Source: Cyanobacteriota bacterium
GTDB taxonomy: Bacteria > Cyanobacteriota > Cyanobacteriia > PCC-6307 > Cyanobiaceae
Direction of reading: 5' to 3'
Assembly (NCBI GenBank): GCA_046052125.1
Contig: JBJOMY010000003.1
Span: forward strand, 128,001 to 192,000
DNA length: 64,000 nt
In this document: piece by piece, positions 46,173-56,805 of the stretch
Layout: every line of letters starts with the position of its first letter
Numbering within the stretch: the stretch's first letter is position 1
Notes under the pieces: generated by a model
Told to the model about the DNA's origin: nothing
The model's database searches: none
Seen by the model: the letters and a program-made list of their open reading frames with translations, nothing else
Translations under genes and position numbers: made by a program

Positions 46173-47395
46173 GCCTTCGATGTGGCGAGGGGATTGAGGC
46201 GGGTTTCGAGGGCGCGGCTGCCCAGACCCAAAGCGGCGCAGCAGCACCAGAACAACACGGCCAGCACCAGATACACCTCGGCGTTTTTGCCCAGGAATTC
46301 CGGATTGGCCATCACCGCGCGGGCCGTGCCCAGTAGATCGAGCAGGCCGATCAGCGAGAGCAGGGTGGTGTCCTGCAGCAGCGTGATGAATTGCCCCACC
46401 GTGGCCGGCAAGGCCACCCGCAGCGCCTGGGGCAGCACCACATGGATGAGGGCCTGGTGCATCGGCAGGCCCAGGGAGCGGGCCGCTTCCAGTTGCCCGG
46501 GCGGTAGGGCTACCAGGCCGGAGCGCACCGCCTCAGCCACATAGGCCGCGGCGAAGAAGGTGAGCACCCAGGCGGCCCGCCACACCCGATCGGGCGCCAG
46601 GCCGCCGGGCAGCAGGAAGCCCAGGATGTTTTGCCCCAAAAACAGCAGGGTGATCAGCGGCGCGCCCCGGATGAACTCGATGTAGAGCACCGATCCCCAG
46701 CGAAGCAGCGGCAGTTCGCTCCGGCGGCCCAGGGCCAGCAAAATCCCCAGCGGGAAGCAGAGCAGGATCGCGAAGCTGGCCTCCAGCAGGGTGAGCAGCA
46801 GCCCGCCCCACTCACCGGGCGGCACCCGCATCAGGCCAAGGCCGCCACTGATCAGCACCATGCCCACCAGATAGAGCACGGGCCAGATCAGGGGCACCAG
46901 CTTGAGCAGGGTGGCGGGGAGCGTGTGGCCCCAACGGCCGGAGGCCCAGCGCACCAGCAGCAGCACCCCCGTGATCGCCCACCAGCGGCATTGGATGGGC
47001 AGCTCGAGCTTCAGGGCCCAGCTGCCGATCACCGCCAGGGCGATCAGGATGCCGGCTGCCAGTTGGTCGTTACGGGGCCAGCTGCCCTTGCCGCGCAACA
47101 GGCCCCAGCTGAGGCCGCTGGCGGCGGCGATCAGCGCGGTGAGCAGCCACAGGCGCCATTGCTGCTCGATCGGGTAGCGCCCCACCGCAAACAGGGTGGT
47201 GTTGGTTTGAATCACGGCCCATTGGGCCTGAAACAGCACCCAGCGCACAAAGGCGGTGCCCACGGCGAGCAGAAAGCCCACCAGCAAGAGCGTGATCACA
47301 CCATCCAGGGGTGTGGCGAAGAGCTCGCTCTTCAGGGTTCGCCCAAGGCGGTGCAGCGGAGCGGTACGTGTTGGTGTGGCAGAGGGGGATGTCAT
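46169..47395 (-). CDS. Amino acid ABC transporter permease (AapM/NatH-like)
   Basis: GRYP..QQWR, WGGLLLTL, LGRRS, YIEFIRG, EAVRSG...EAARSLG. Confidence 0.88.
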   Translation of the reverse strand: MTSPSATPTRTAPLHRLGRTLKSELFATPLDGVITLLLVGFLLAVGTAFVRWVLFQAQWAVIQTNTTLFAVGRYPIEQQWRLWLLTALIAAASGLSWGLLRGKGSWPRNDQLAAGILIALAVIGSWALKLELPIQCRWWAITGVLLLVRWASGRWGHTLPATLLKLVPLIWPVLYLVGMVLISGGLGLMRVPPGEWGGLLLTLLEASFAILLCFPLGILLALGRRSELPLLRWGSVLYIEFIRGAPLITLLFLGQNILGFLLPGGLAPDRVWRAAWVLTFFAAAYVAEAVRSGLVALPPGQLEAARSLGLPMHQALIHVVLPQALRVALPATVGQFITLLQDTTLLSLIGLLDLLGTARAVMANPEFLGKNAEVYLVLAVLFWCCCAALGLGSRALETRLNPLATSKA

Positions 47396-48354
47396 CAGCG
47401 CTCCTGGATCTGCACCCAGCTGTTCACCGTGTTCATCAGCGCTGAGATCAGCAGATCGATCACGAGGTAGGAGCCCAGCAGGATCAACACCACCTCCACG
47501 GCACGGCCCGTTTGGTTGAGGGTGGTTTCGGCCACGGAATAGAGATCGGTGTAGCCGCAGGCCACGGCCAGAGAGGAGTTTTTGGCCAGGGAGATGTATT
47601 GGCTGTTGAGGCCCGGCACGATCACCCGCAGTGCCTGGGGCAGCACGATCCGCTGCAGGGTTTGTAGCGGTGAGAGCCCGAGGGAGCGGGCTGCTTCCCA
47701 CTGGCCCGGCGGCACGGAGGCCACCCCACCGCGCACCACCTCAGCGATGAAGGCTGCGGTGTACACCACCAGGCCGGTGAGAAGGGCGCCGAACTCCACC
47801 GTGATGCGCAGGTTGCCCTGCCACACCCCGTTCACCAATTCCGGTGCGCCGAGAAACAACCCCGATTGAGCCAGCACCACTCCTGGGAGCTGGATCGCCC
47901 GCTCACCACCGGGCAGGGCCAGAAACACCACGAAATACCAAAACACCAGCTGCAGCAGCAGCGGGATGTTGCGGATCAGCTCCACATACACCCGCCCGAG
48001 CCGGCGCAGCAGGCCATTGCTGCTGAAGGCGGCCACTCCGATCAAGGTGCCCAGCACGGTGGCTCCCACCAGGCCGGCCACCACCACCCGGAGGGTGTTC
48101 ACCAGTCCGGCCAGCAGGGCGCGCCAGTAGGGCAGCTCGGCGTTGAAGGGCAGCAGCGTTTCCGAAACATCGAAACCAGCCGGGTTGCGCAGCCAGCTCC
48201 AGCTCAGTAACAGGCCGGCGTTGGTGAGGTTGCGCACCAGGTTGCCCACCAGGAACGCCACCACCACCAGCACCACCAGGCCGGTGATGCCTTGCACCAG
48301 CCAGGGAATCAGCCGCCGGTTCCGCCACCAGGGGGTGACCGCAGAAGAGGGCAT
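47395..48354 (-). CDS. Amino acid ABC transporter permease (AapQ/NatG-like)
   Basis: AGFDVSE, GLVNTL, RNIPLLLQL, AEVVRGG, KNSSLA. Confidence 0.88.
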   Translation of the reverse strand: MPSSAVTPWWRNRRLIPWLVQGITGLVVLVVVAFLVGNLVRNLTNAGLLLSWSWLRNPAGFDVSETLLPFNAELPYWRALLAGLVNTLRVVVAGLVGATVLGTLIGVAAFSSNGLLRRLGRVYVELIRNIPLLLQLVFWYFVVFLALPGGERAIQLPGVVLAQSGLFLGAPELVNGVWQGNLRITVEFGALLTGLVVYTAAFIAEVVRGGVASVPPGQWEAARSLGLSPLQTLQRIVLPQALRVIVPGLNSQYISLAKNSSLAVACGYTDLYSVAETTLNQTGRAVEVVLILLGSYLVIDLLISALMNTVNSWVQIQER

Positions 48355-49415
48355 CAACGGAATGGCGGCGAGTAGATCAGGCCGCCGTTGCTCCACTGCC
48401 GGTTGAGGCCGCGCTCGAGCTTGAGCTTGGAGCCCTGGCCCACGTTGCGCTCAAACAGTTCGCCGTAGTTGCCAACCGCTTTCACGGCCTGCACCACGAA
48501 ATCGGCCGGCAGGCCCAGTTGTTTGCCGAAGTCGCCCTCCACGCCCAGGAAGCGGCGTAGATCGGCCTGGTTGGGATTGGCCTTGGCCTCGGCCACCTTG
48601 GTGTCGATGTTGGCCTGGGTGATGCCGAGTTCCTCGGCCTGCATCAGGGCGTAGATGGTCCAGCGCACGGCATCAGCCCAGCCCGGATCGCCGTTCACGG
48701 TCACGGGAGTGAGCGGTTCCTTGCTCAGCACCTCCGGCAGCAGCACGTGGCCGGCGGGATCGGGGAAGCTGGTGCGCTTGGCGGCCAGCTGGGAGCGGTC
48801 GCTCGTTACGGCTACGCAGCGGCCCTGCAGGTAGGCGGCGTAGGTCTGATCGCCGGTTTGGAACTTCAGCGGGGTGTAGGTGGCCTTGATCTCGCGCATG
48901 CGATCGGCCAGGTTGAGCTCCGTGGTGGTGCCGCTCTCCACGCAGATCGGTTTGCCGGCCAGATCCTTGAGGCTGTTGATGCCGGCGGCCTTGGGGGCCA
49001 TCACGCCCTGGCCGTCATAAAAAACGGTGGGGGCAAAGCTCAGGCCGTTGCCACCGGAGGCATCGCGGCTGAGGGTGTAAGTGGTGTTGCGCGAGAGCAG
49101 ATCGATCTCGCCGCTCGCCAGGGCGGCGAAGCGTTCACTGGAATTGAGATCGCGGAAATCCACCTTCTGGGGATCGCCCAAGGTGGCGGCCGCCACGGCG
49201 CGGCATACATCCACATCCAAGCCGGTGTAGGTGCCGTCGGGGCTCACGAAGCTGAAGCCCGGCAGTTTGCCGTCTACCCCGCAGATCAGCTTGCCGCGGC
49301 TCTTCACGCCATTCAGCTTCTGGCTCTGGATACCACCGCCTTCGCTGGCGCAGCCCACCAGGGCCAGAGCGGCCACCAGTGGCGCACTCAGTGCGAGCTT
49401 GCGCAACCAGACCAT
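48354..49415 (-). CDS. Amino acid ABC transporter substrate-binding lipoprotein (AapJ/NatF-like)
   Basis: Lipobox LVGC, RGKLICGV, LSRNTT, GTTTE, SKEPL, VGNYGE, YSPPFR. Confidence 0.9.
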   Translation of the reverse strand: MVWLRKLALSAPLVAALALVGCASEGGGIQSQKLNGVKSRGKLICGVDGKLPGFSFVSPDGTYTGLDVDVCRAVAAATLGDPQKVDFRDLNSSERFAALASGEIDLLSRNTTYTLSRDASGGNGLSFAPTVFYDGQGVMAPKAAGINSLKDLAGKPICVESGTTTELNLADRMREIKATYTPLKFQTGDQTYAAYLQGRCVAVTSDRSQLAAKRTSFPDPAGHVLLPEVLSKEPLTPVTVNGDPGWADAVRWTIYALMQAEELGITQANIDTKVAEAKANPNQADLRRFLGVEGDFGKQLGLPADFVVQAVKAVGNYGELFERNVGQGSKLKLERGLNRQWSNGGLIYSPPFR

Positions 49416-49452
49416 TGGGACGGTTCAAAATTTCGCGCAGTTTGCCAGTAGA

Positions 49453-50637
49453 TCAGCCTGGCTGGTGGTTCCTGGTGGGCGCCTCCACATCGCTCGGAGC
49501 CAGCAGCAGGCGCCGTTCGAGCAGCAGCAGCCCCACCACGGTGGTCACGGTGACCATCAGCACCAGCGCCGAAAACTGCGGCGCATTGATCACACCGGCA
49601 TTGAGTGCGGTGGTGGCGAACACCAGACCCGGCAGGCCCCGGGGAATCAGCCCGAAGATCACCGCCCAGCGATCCACGCCGCTGCGTTGATCGCGCTCGC
49701 TAATGCCCAGGCCGCAGATCAGCTTGCTCACGATGGCCAGGGCCAGCAGGATCAGGCTCAGCCCCCAGGCCTGGGCATCGAGCAGCGTGCCCGCCTGAAT
49801 CCGCATGCCCACACTGATGAAATAGAGGGGCAGAAACACCTCCGAGATCAATATCAGCAGTTCGCCCACCTGGGGCGGCCGATCCGAGAGGCGATTGAGC
49901 AGCACGCCGCCCCAGAGCGCGCCGAGCAGTGAGGTGAGCCCACTCACTTCGCCCACCCAGGCGCTGCCCACCAGCAGCATTAACACCGCCAGAGGGCTGC
50001 TGGGCACTGCCCGCCCCTGGCGGCGCCACCAGCGGGCGATCCGACCGCTGAGCAGGGCGGCCGCGATCCCCAGCAGAGGCCCAAGCCAGCCACCGCTGCC
50101 GCCGCTGAGATTGCGCCCCCCCAGGGCCACCGCGAGGCTGAGCAGGGCGATCGCCGGCAGGTCGTCGAGCACCGAAACCCCCACCAGCAGTCGGCCCGTA
50201 GGGGTTTGAAGCGCCTGGCGTTGGGCCAGTAGCCGCAGAGTCACGCCCGTGCCGGTGGCCGCCACGCAGGCCAGGCACAGCACAGCCGTGGCCGGGGCCA
50301 TGCCCAGCCCCAGCACCAGCGGCCAGTAGCCCAGCAGCGGGCCAAGCACGCTCAGCCCCAGCAGGCGCAGGATCGTGCCGCGCCGTGAGCTCAGCAGATC
50401 ACCGCGCACCTCCAGACCCACCTGGAAGAACAGGGCCAACACCCCCAGTTCCGTAAGGCCGCTCAACGGAGCGATCGCTTGGTAGGGCAGCAGGGTGTTG
50501 CCCAGCCCAAAGCCGATCAACAGCTCCACCACGATCGCTGGCACCGCCAGCCCCGCCAGCTTGCCCGCCATCAACCGGGCTGCCCCCAGGCCGATCAGCA
50601 GGATCAGCAGCGTGGTGAGCAGGGAAGGGGATTGCAA
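49453..50637 (-). CDS. Cation:proton antiporter (CPA2-like)
   Basis: ELGVLALFFQVGLE, SVLDD, PLYFISVG, IPRG; many TM segments. Confidence 0.82.
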   Translation of the reverse strand: MQSPSLLTTLLILLIGLGAARLMAGKLAGLAVPAIVVELLIGFGLGNTLLPYQAIAPLSGLTELGVLALFFQVGLEVRGDLLSSRRGTILRLLGLSVLGPLLGYWPLVLGLGMAPATAVLCLACVAATGTGVTLRLLAQRQALQTPTGRLLVGVSVLDDLPAIALLSLAVALGGRNLSGGSGGWLGPLLGIAAALLSGRIARWWRRQGRAVPSSPLAVLMLLVGSAWVGEVSGLTSLLGALWGGVLLNRLSDRPPQVGELLILISEVFLPLYFISVGMRIQAGTLLDAQAWGLSLILLALAIVSKLICGLGISERDQRSGVDRWAVIFGLIPRGLPGLVFATTALNAGVINAPQFSALVLMVTVTTVVGLLLLERRLLLAPSDVEAPTRNHQPG

Positions 50638-50656
50638 GCCTGCGGCCTCCGGCCGA

Positions 50657-50935
50657 TCAGTTCGACGCTTCGCCCTCAGCCTCAGTGGCTTCGGCGCTCG
50701 GCTTCATGTTGGCTCCCAGCTCGGTGCAGGCCCGGATCGGATCCACATCCGGTGCCAGCCCCAGTGCTTTGCGCAGCGCATCCATCTGACTCACCGATTG
50801 CATATCGAGCGAAGCGGCGGCCTGCTCACAGGCGATTTTCTTGAGGGCCTGGGTATCGGGCGGGCGGCAGCCAGTGAGGCTGGCGGCGCCAACGATCAGC
50901 AGGCTTGTGGCCATCACGAAACGACGAGGGCTCAT
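50657..50935 (-). CDS. Small putative lipoprotein
   Basis: MSPRRF, hydrophobic stretch, then lipobox LTGC. Confidence 0.6.
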   Translation of the reverse strand: MSPRRFVMATSLLIVGAASLTGCRPPDTQALKKIACEQAAASLDMQSVSQMDALRKALGLAPDVDPIRACTELGANMKPSAEATEAEGEASN

Positions 50936-51049
50936 CGCCTCGAGCGGCGGCAAAGCGTTGAACACGCTCCAATGCGCTGAGATCCATCAACGCTAGGGAG
51001 GCTGAAAGGAGGAGCGGTTTTAGGTTTCAAATCTGCAATCGCCCTGCTG

Positions 51050-52939
51050 ATGTCGCTCTGGAGTTTCGATCGGCTCAAAGCTCTGCTGGTGGGTGCTCCC
51101 CTGCCCACCAGCGCCCACGCCGAGGAACGGTTCAGCAATGCTGAGGCTCTGGCGATCCTCAGCTCCGATGCTCTCTCATCGGTGGCCTATGCCACCCAGG
51201 AGATCGTGCTGGTGCTGGGGATGGCCGGTGCCGCGGGGCTGGGCTTCACTCTGCCGATCACGGGGTTGATCGTGGCCCTGATGGTGATCGTGGCCATCAG
51301 CTACCGCCAAACGATCAAGGCCTATCCCCTGGGCGGCGGCTCCTACCGCGTGAGCCACGACAACCTGGGCGACCTCACGGGCCTGGTGGCGGGCGCAGCG
51401 CTTTCCATTGATTACGTGCTCACCGTGGCGGTGAGCACCGCCGCCGGGATAGCGGCGCTCACGTCGTATTTCCCCGGGCTCGATGCCTGGCGGGTGCCCC
51501 TCTGCCTGGTGGCGTTGGTGCTGCTGATGCTCGCCAATCTGCGCGGTGTGCGCTCCAGTGCCCAGCTGCTCAGCCTGCCCACCTATGTGTTCATGGTGGC
51601 GGTGTTTGCCCTGGTGATTGGCGGCCTGATCCGCCTGGCCCATGGCGATCTGGCGGTGTTGCAGGAGCAGCAGCAAAACCTGCTGATGGCCCGTGAGCAC
51701 GATCTGCCGCTGGAGGAGCTGGGTGCGGCGCTGACGCCGGTGCTGCTGATGCGGGCCTTCAGTTCCGGCTGCGCGGCCCTCACCGGGATCGAGGCGATCA
51801 GCGATTCGGTGCTCGCCTTTCGCCCCACCGAGTGGCGCAATGCCCGCCGGGTGCTCACGGTGATGGTGCTGATGCTGGCGCTGATGTTCGGTGGCATCAG
51901 CGTGCTCGCCCAGCAGCTGGGCACCGTGTACATCGAGCACGGCCCAACCCTGCTCTACCAACTGGGCTCAGCGGTGTTTGGCAATGGCCCGCTGCTGCTG
52001 ATCCTGCAGCTGGCCACCCTGCTGATCCTGTTGCTGGCGGCCAACACCGCCTATGCCGATTTCCCGCGCCTGGCCAATTTCCTGGCCCTCGATGGTTATC
52101 TGCCCCGCCAGCTCACCTCCCTGGGTGATCGATTGGTGTTCAGCAACGGCATCCTGGCGCTCTCCGGTTTCTCAGGCCTGTTGCTGGTGGTGTTCAACGG
52201 CAGCGTCAGCCGGCTGATTCCGCTCTATGCCGTGGGGGTGTTTCTGAGCTTCACCCTTTCTCAGGCTGGGATGGTGGTGCACTGGTGGAAGGAGCGCAGC
52301 AGCGGCTGGCTCTCCAAGGCGTTGATGAATGGCCTGGGGGCTTTGGTCACGGCGGTGGTCACCGCGGTGCTGCTCTTCAGCAAGTTCACCCATGGGGCGT
52401 GGCTGGTGGTGCTGGCCATCCCGCTGATGGTGGGTCTGTTTCTGGCGATCAAGGCCCACTACCGCAGCGTGTCGCGCCGGTTGCGGCTCGCCGCCGACAA
52501 GCGCCTCACCCTGCCGCCTGCTCCTGCCGATGGGGGGGCTCCGGTGGTGGTGCTTGTGGGCCAGCTGCACCGTGGCAGTTTTGAAGCCGTTCGCTACGCC
52601 CGCAGCATCGCCAAGGAATTGGTGGCGGTGCATGTGGATCTGGGACTGGATCGGGCCGATGCCTTTCGCGAGCAGTGGCAGCGGCAGCTGCCGGAGATTC
52701 CCCTGGTGGTGCTCGAGTCGCCCTATCGCTCCTTGATCGATCCGGTGCTGGAGTTTGTGCGCACCTTTGAGATCGAGCACCGCAAGGATCGCGATCGCTT
52801 CTGCACTGTGGTGTTGCCGGTGTTTGTGACCCGGCACCGCTGGGAAAACCTGTTGCACAACCAGAGCACCGTGGCCCTGCGCAGCGCCCTGAGGGCTCAG
52901 GGCACGCGGGTGGTCACGACTGTGGGCTTTTATCTCTGA
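51050..52939 (+). CDS. APC-superfamily permease, KimA/YdaO-like (second paralog)
   Basis: LSSDALSSVAYA, YPLGGGSY, IDYVLT, LTGIEAIS, LESPYRSL, LLHNQ. Confidence 0.82.
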   Translation: MSLWSFDRLKALLVGAPLPTSAHAEERFSNAEALAILSSDALSSVAYATQEIVLVLGMAGAAGLGFTLPITGLIVALMVIVAISYRQTIKAYPLGGGSYRVSHDNLGDLTGLVAGAALSIDYVLTVAVSTAAGIAALTSYFPGLDAWRVPLCLVALVLLMLANLRGVRSSAQLLSLPTYVFMVAVFALVIGGLIRLAHGDLAVLQEQQQNLLMAREHDLPLEELGAALTPVLLMRAFSSGCAALTGIEAISDSVLAFRPTEWRNARRVLTVMVLMLALMFGGISVLAQQLGTVYIEHGPTLLYQLGSAVFGNGPLLLILQLATLLILLLAANTAYADFPRLANFLALDGYLPRQLTSLGDRLVFSNGILALSGFSGLLLVVFNGSVSRLIPLYAVGVFLSFTLSQAGMVVHWWKERSSGWLSKALMNGLGALVTAVVTAVLLFSKFTHGAWLVVLAIPLMVGLFLAIKAHYRSVSRRLRLAADKRLTLPPAPADGGAPVVVLVGQLHRGSFEAVRYARSIAKELVAVHVDLGLDRADAFREQWQRQLPEIPLVVLESPYRSLIDPVLEFVRTFEIEHRKDRDRFCTVVLPVFVTRHRWENLLHNQSTVALRSALRAQGTRVVTTVGFYL

Positions 52940-52974
52940 ACATGAGGCGAAACTGAGCCGCTCCCACCTCCCTG

Positions 52975-53676
52975 ATGCTGCCGTTTCACTGGCTCACTCA
53001 AACCCTCGCCTTTGGCCTGGGTATCTCCTTCAGCCCGCTCAACATCGCCCTGGTGGCGCTGCTTTTGCTCGGCACCCAACCGCTGCGGCGATGCGGCACC
53101 TTTCTCACCGGCTGGGTGCTGGCTAACGGTGGGGCGCTCAGTGCCGTGGTGCTGATCGGCGGGCGGCTGAGCTGGGCCATGCACCTGGGCAGCCGCGGCC
53201 AGGTGTTGATTGATCTGATCGGTGCCGGCGCGCTGGTGGGACTTGGCCTGTTTCAGCTCACCCCTGCGGTGGCGATGGGTGAGGAGAACTGGGCCATGCA
53301 GCTGATGACGCGCCTTCCTGAGATGGGCAGTTTGCCCCTGCTGGGCCTGGGGGCCGGCTGCGCCTTGGTGAGCCCGGAAAACCTGGTGTTTTATGTGAAG
53401 GAGGGCGGCATGCTGCTCACCAACCACACCAGCCTGCGAGGTGATCTGGAGGTGGGCGCGGTGTTTGTGGCCGTTACCGCCTCGCTGCTGCTGCTGCCGC
53501 CTCTGCTCTGGATCGTGAACGGCGAAGCCCTGCGCCAGCCGCTGGTGGCCATCAACGACTGGCTGGTGCACCGGGCCGAATGGCTGGTGGGCGTGTTCGC
53601 GTTGCTCCTGGGTGTGTATCTGGCTTGGCAGGGCCTCGAGGGCCTGCATCAGATGGCGGCGCTCTCGGCGGCTTGA
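52975..53676 (+). CDS. GAP/Sap-family (LysE-like) membrane protein
   Basis: GLGISFSPLNIAL, FLTGW, SPENL, INDWL; about six TM segments. Confidence 0.6.
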   Translation: MLPFHWLTQTLAFGLGISFSPLNIALVALLLLGTQPLRRCGTFLTGWVLANGGALSAVVLIGGRLSWAMHLGSRGQVLIDLIGAGALVGLGLFQLTPAVAMGEENWAMQLMTRLPEMGSLPLLGLGAGCALVSPENLVFYVKEGGMLLTNHTSLRGDLEVGAVFVAVTASLLLLPPLLWIVNGEALRQPLVAINDWLVHRAEWLVGVFALLLGVYLAWQGLEGLHQMAALSAA

Positions 53677-54716
53677 TCGCGGCGGCGCTTGTGGCGCAGG
53701 GAATCGCCCAACGCCAGCAGCAACAGCACCACACCGATCAGGCCGCTCAACCACTCGGGCACATGCCAGCCCCAGCGGCCGATCACAACACCAGAGAGCA
53801 TCAGCAGGCCCAGGGCGCCGATCGCGTAGTGGGCGCCGTGCTCCAGATAGATCAGGTGGTCGAGTGCTTTCTCACGGCTGAGCATCACCGTGAGTGAGCG
53901 GATGAACAGGGCTCCGAGCCCCAGGCCCGTGAGGATCAGCCCGAGATCGGTCGTGATCGCGAAGGCGCCGATCGTGCCATCGAGGCTGAAGGAGGCATCC
54001 AGGAGCTCCAGGTAGACCAGGCTGGCAAAACCGCTCTGGGCGGCCATGCGCCCCACGGCCGCCTCCTCGCCACCGAAGAAGTCGGCCAGGGAGGTGCTCA
54101 GGATCTGCAACACCAAACCGATTAATCCGGCGAAGAGCACATCGCTGCGCAGGCTGGCCGGCAGCGCGAACGACACCAGCATCAGGATGATCAGCGCCAG
54201 CGCCACCTCCAGGGAGGGCACCTTGCCGGCGCGGCTGAGCCGCCGCTCCAGCAGCTCCACCCAGTGCAGGGTTTTGGCTTCATCAAGGAAGTAGCGCAGG
54301 AACACCATCAGCAGAAACATGCCGCCGAAGGCAAGAATCCGCGGCTCGGCCAGCTCCAGCAGCTCGTGGTAGTGGTCGGGATGGTGCAGGGCCGCATCGA
54401 GGGCTTCCCCAAGCCCGATGCCTCCCGCCAGGCTCACCAGCAACAGCGGCCCGAGAAAGCGCACGCCGAACACCGGGATCACCAAGCCCCAGCTCAGAAA
54501 GAAGCGCTGCTGGCCAGGGGTGAGCTGCTCCAGCACCCGCGCATTCACCACGGCGTTATCAAACGAGAGGCTGATCTCCAGCGCCAGCAACACCAGCGTG
54601 ATCCAGGTGGCCTGAAGGCCTGCTGGGCTGAAGCCGCCATGGCTCACGGCCACGGCGATAAGGCCGATCAGGCAGCAGATCAGCGGGAAACGCACATAGC
54701 GCAGTAGGCGAGCCAT
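53649..54716 (-). CDS. DUF475/TerC-family membrane protein
   Basis: LEISLSFDNAVVNA, YLELLDASFSLDG, YLEHGAHYAIG. Confidence 0.85.
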   Translation of the reverse strand: MARLLRYVRFPLICCLIGLIAVAVSHGGFSPAGLQATWITLVLLALEISLSFDNAVVNARVLEQLTPGQQRFFLSWGLVIPVFGVRFLGPLLLVSLAGGIGLGEALDAALHHPDHYHELLELAEPRILAFGGMFLLMVFLRYFLDEAKTLHWVELLERRLSRAGKVPSLEVALALIILMLVSFALPASLRSDVLFAGLIGLVLQILSTSLADFFGGEEAAVGRMAAQSGFASLVYLELLDASFSLDGTIGAFAITTDLGLILTGLGLGALFIRSLTVMLSREKALDHLIYLEHGAHYAIGALGLLMLSGVVIGRWGWHVPEWLSGLIGVVLLLLALGDSLRHKRRRDQAAESAAI

Positions 54717-54924
54717 TGGGGCGGGCAGCTGCAGTGAGCTTGCTTGCTGGAGGGGGCTTGGCAAGAGTGAACGCAAGAGATTGTTGGGACCGCCGCCGAG
54801 CAAGGATCAAATCTCTACCTGGCAGCCGTGGAATCTTTTGAGGCTTGCAAGCTGCTTGTGGCCCTTTTGGCTGAAAAACCGATCTGCTTACCGGTGTATG
54901 TTGGCCGCAGTTGGGTTGCTCTCG

Positions 54925-56745
54925 ATGGACGCCTTTCTTGAAGCCGCTCTGCAGCCGGCTGGGGCCATCACCCTGGCGGTGTTCGCTGTGGCGATCCTGT
55001 TGTTCGTTACCGGCTGGCTGGCTCCTGAAGTCACGGCGTTGCTTGCCGCGGCCCTGTTGGTCACTTTCCGCGTGCTGAAGCCCGATGAGGCGGTGCAGGG
55101 CTTTGGGAGTCCCGCGCTCATTACCCTCATGGGCCTTTTCGCTGTGTCGGCGGGCCTGTTTCGTAGTGGTGGCCTGGATCGCTTAAGGGCGCTGATCGCC
55201 AGCGATTCGGTCCGCAGCCCCAAGCGCATGATTGCGCTGATGGTGGGCGTTGTGGCGCCGATTTCTGGCTTCATTCCTAATACCCCGATCGTGGCCACGT
55301 TGTTGCCAGTGGTGGAGGGTTGGTGCCATCGGCGCGGTATCTCACCCTCGAAGGTGTTGCTGCCTCTGTCTTTTGCCACTGTGCTCGGTGGCACGATCTC
55401 GCTCCTCGGCACATCCACCAACCTTCTGGCCAGCGATGTGAGTCGTCAGTTGGGCTTTGGTCCTCTGGAGCTGTTCAGCTTCACGGCCATTGGCGTGCCG
55501 GTGTGGTTGCTGGGTGGTCTCTACATGCTTTGGGCCTCCGACCGATTGCTCCCTGACCGTGGCCTCGATGACGGTGATTTGCTGAGCTCCCTCGCACGAG
55601 AGGGCTACCTCACCGATGTGCTGATTCCTGAGGGTTCCGAACTCATCGGTCAGTCCTTGCACCGCAGCCGTCTGCAGCGACGCTTTGATGTGGATGCGCT
55701 CGAGCTTCATCGGGCGGGCCAGACGATCAGCGCCCCGCTAGCGGATGTGACACTGCAGGCGGGTGATCGTCTGTTGTTGCGCTGCAACCGCGAGAACCTG
55801 TTGCGTCTTCAGCAAGAGCACACCGTGGCGTTGGCGGCGGTGGGTGATGAAAGCGACGACCTCCGCGAGCTGAGCGGAGGCCTCGATACGCCCATGCGTG
55901 TGGTGGAGGTGCTGTTGCCCAACGGCTCCACGATCACCGGAACCAGCGTGCGCGATCTGCGATTCCGCCAGCGCTACAACGCAACTCTGCTCGCGGTTCG
56001 CCGTGGCAATCAGGTGCTCCGTGAACTACTGGGCCGCGTGGTGCTTCAGCCCGGAGATGTGCTGCTGCTGCAAGCTCCGCTTGATGCCATTCGCGGTCTT
56101 CAGGCCAACAACGACCTGGTGCTGCTGGATGAGCTGGAGAAAGATATGCCCACCACGAGCCGCAAATGGGTGGCCGTGCTGGTTGCTTCGCTTGTGATCG
56201 TGCTGCCGCTGTTCAAGGTGCTCAACCTGATGGCTGCTGTACTTCTGGCGGTAGTGATCATGGTGGCCACCGGATGCTTGCGGCCAGGCGAATTGCAGCG
56301 TTCGATCCGCTGGGATGTGATCTTGCTGCTGGGCTCACTTTCCTGCTTCAGCGAGGCGATGCAGAAGACCGGTCTAGCCGAGGCACTGGCGACGGATCTT
56401 CTGCACGGCCTGCAAGGTTGGCCTCCCTACAGCGTGCTGCTGGTGGTGTTTGTGATCGCTCAGATCTTCACCGAGGCCCTCAGCAACGGCACCACCGTGG
56501 TGTTGCTGATGCCCATCGCCACAGCCATTGCCCAGGGGCTTGGTCTACCGCCGATGGCCTTCATCTTCGCCATCACCATCGCCGCCAGCCAGAGCTTCAT
56601 GACACCCATCGGCTACCAAACCAACCTGATGGTGTTTGGTCCGGGTCGGTATCGCTTCTTGGATATGACCCGCTACGGCGCGCCACTCACCATCGGTCTG
56701 GCGCTGATCGTGCCGTTCCTCATTTGCCGCTACTTCGGCTTGTGA
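54925..56745 (+). CDS. SLC13/CitM-like transporter with two TrkA-C (RCK_C) domains
   Basis: SGFIPNTP, GTSTNLL, two RCK_C repeats, TPIGYQTNLMVFGPG. Confidence 0.85.
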   Translation: MDAFLEAALQPAGAITLAVFAVAILLFVTGWLAPEVTALLAAALLVTFRVLKPDEAVQGFGSPALITLMGLFAVSAGLFRSGGLDRLRALIASDSVRSPKRMIALMVGVVAPISGFIPNTPIVATLLPVVEGWCHRRGISPSKVLLPLSFATVLGGTISLLGTSTNLLASDVSRQLGFGPLELFSFTAIGVPVWLLGGLYMLWASDRLLPDRGLDDGDLLSSLAREGYLTDVLIPEGSELIGQSLHRSRLQRRFDVDALELHRAGQTISAPLADVTLQAGDRLLLRCNRENLLRLQQEHTVALAAVGDESDDLRELSGGLDTPMRVVEVLLPNGSTITGTSVRDLRFRQRYNATLLAVRRGNQVLRELLGRVVLQPGDVLLLQAPLDAIRGLQANNDLVLLDELEKDMPTTSRKWVAVLVASLVIVLPLFKVLNLMAAVLLAVVIMVATGCLRPGELQRSIRWDVILLLGSLSCFSEAMQKTGLAEALATDLLHGLQGWPPYSVLLVVFVIAQIFTEALSNGTTVVLLMPIATAIAQGLGLPPMAFIFAITIAASQSFMTPIGYQTNLMVFGPGRYRFLDMTRYGAPLTIGLALIVPFLICRYFGL

Positions 56746-56805
56746 GCGCAACGCACCTGAAACGCCAGGCAGGATGAGCCCACGCTTCCACCTCTGATCA
56801 AGCCT

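Noticed and set aside
54717..54924. yybP-ykoY Mn2+ riboswitch upstream of the TerC-family gene
   Set aside because: No GGGGAGUAG or GAGACC-type core visible on the minus strand.
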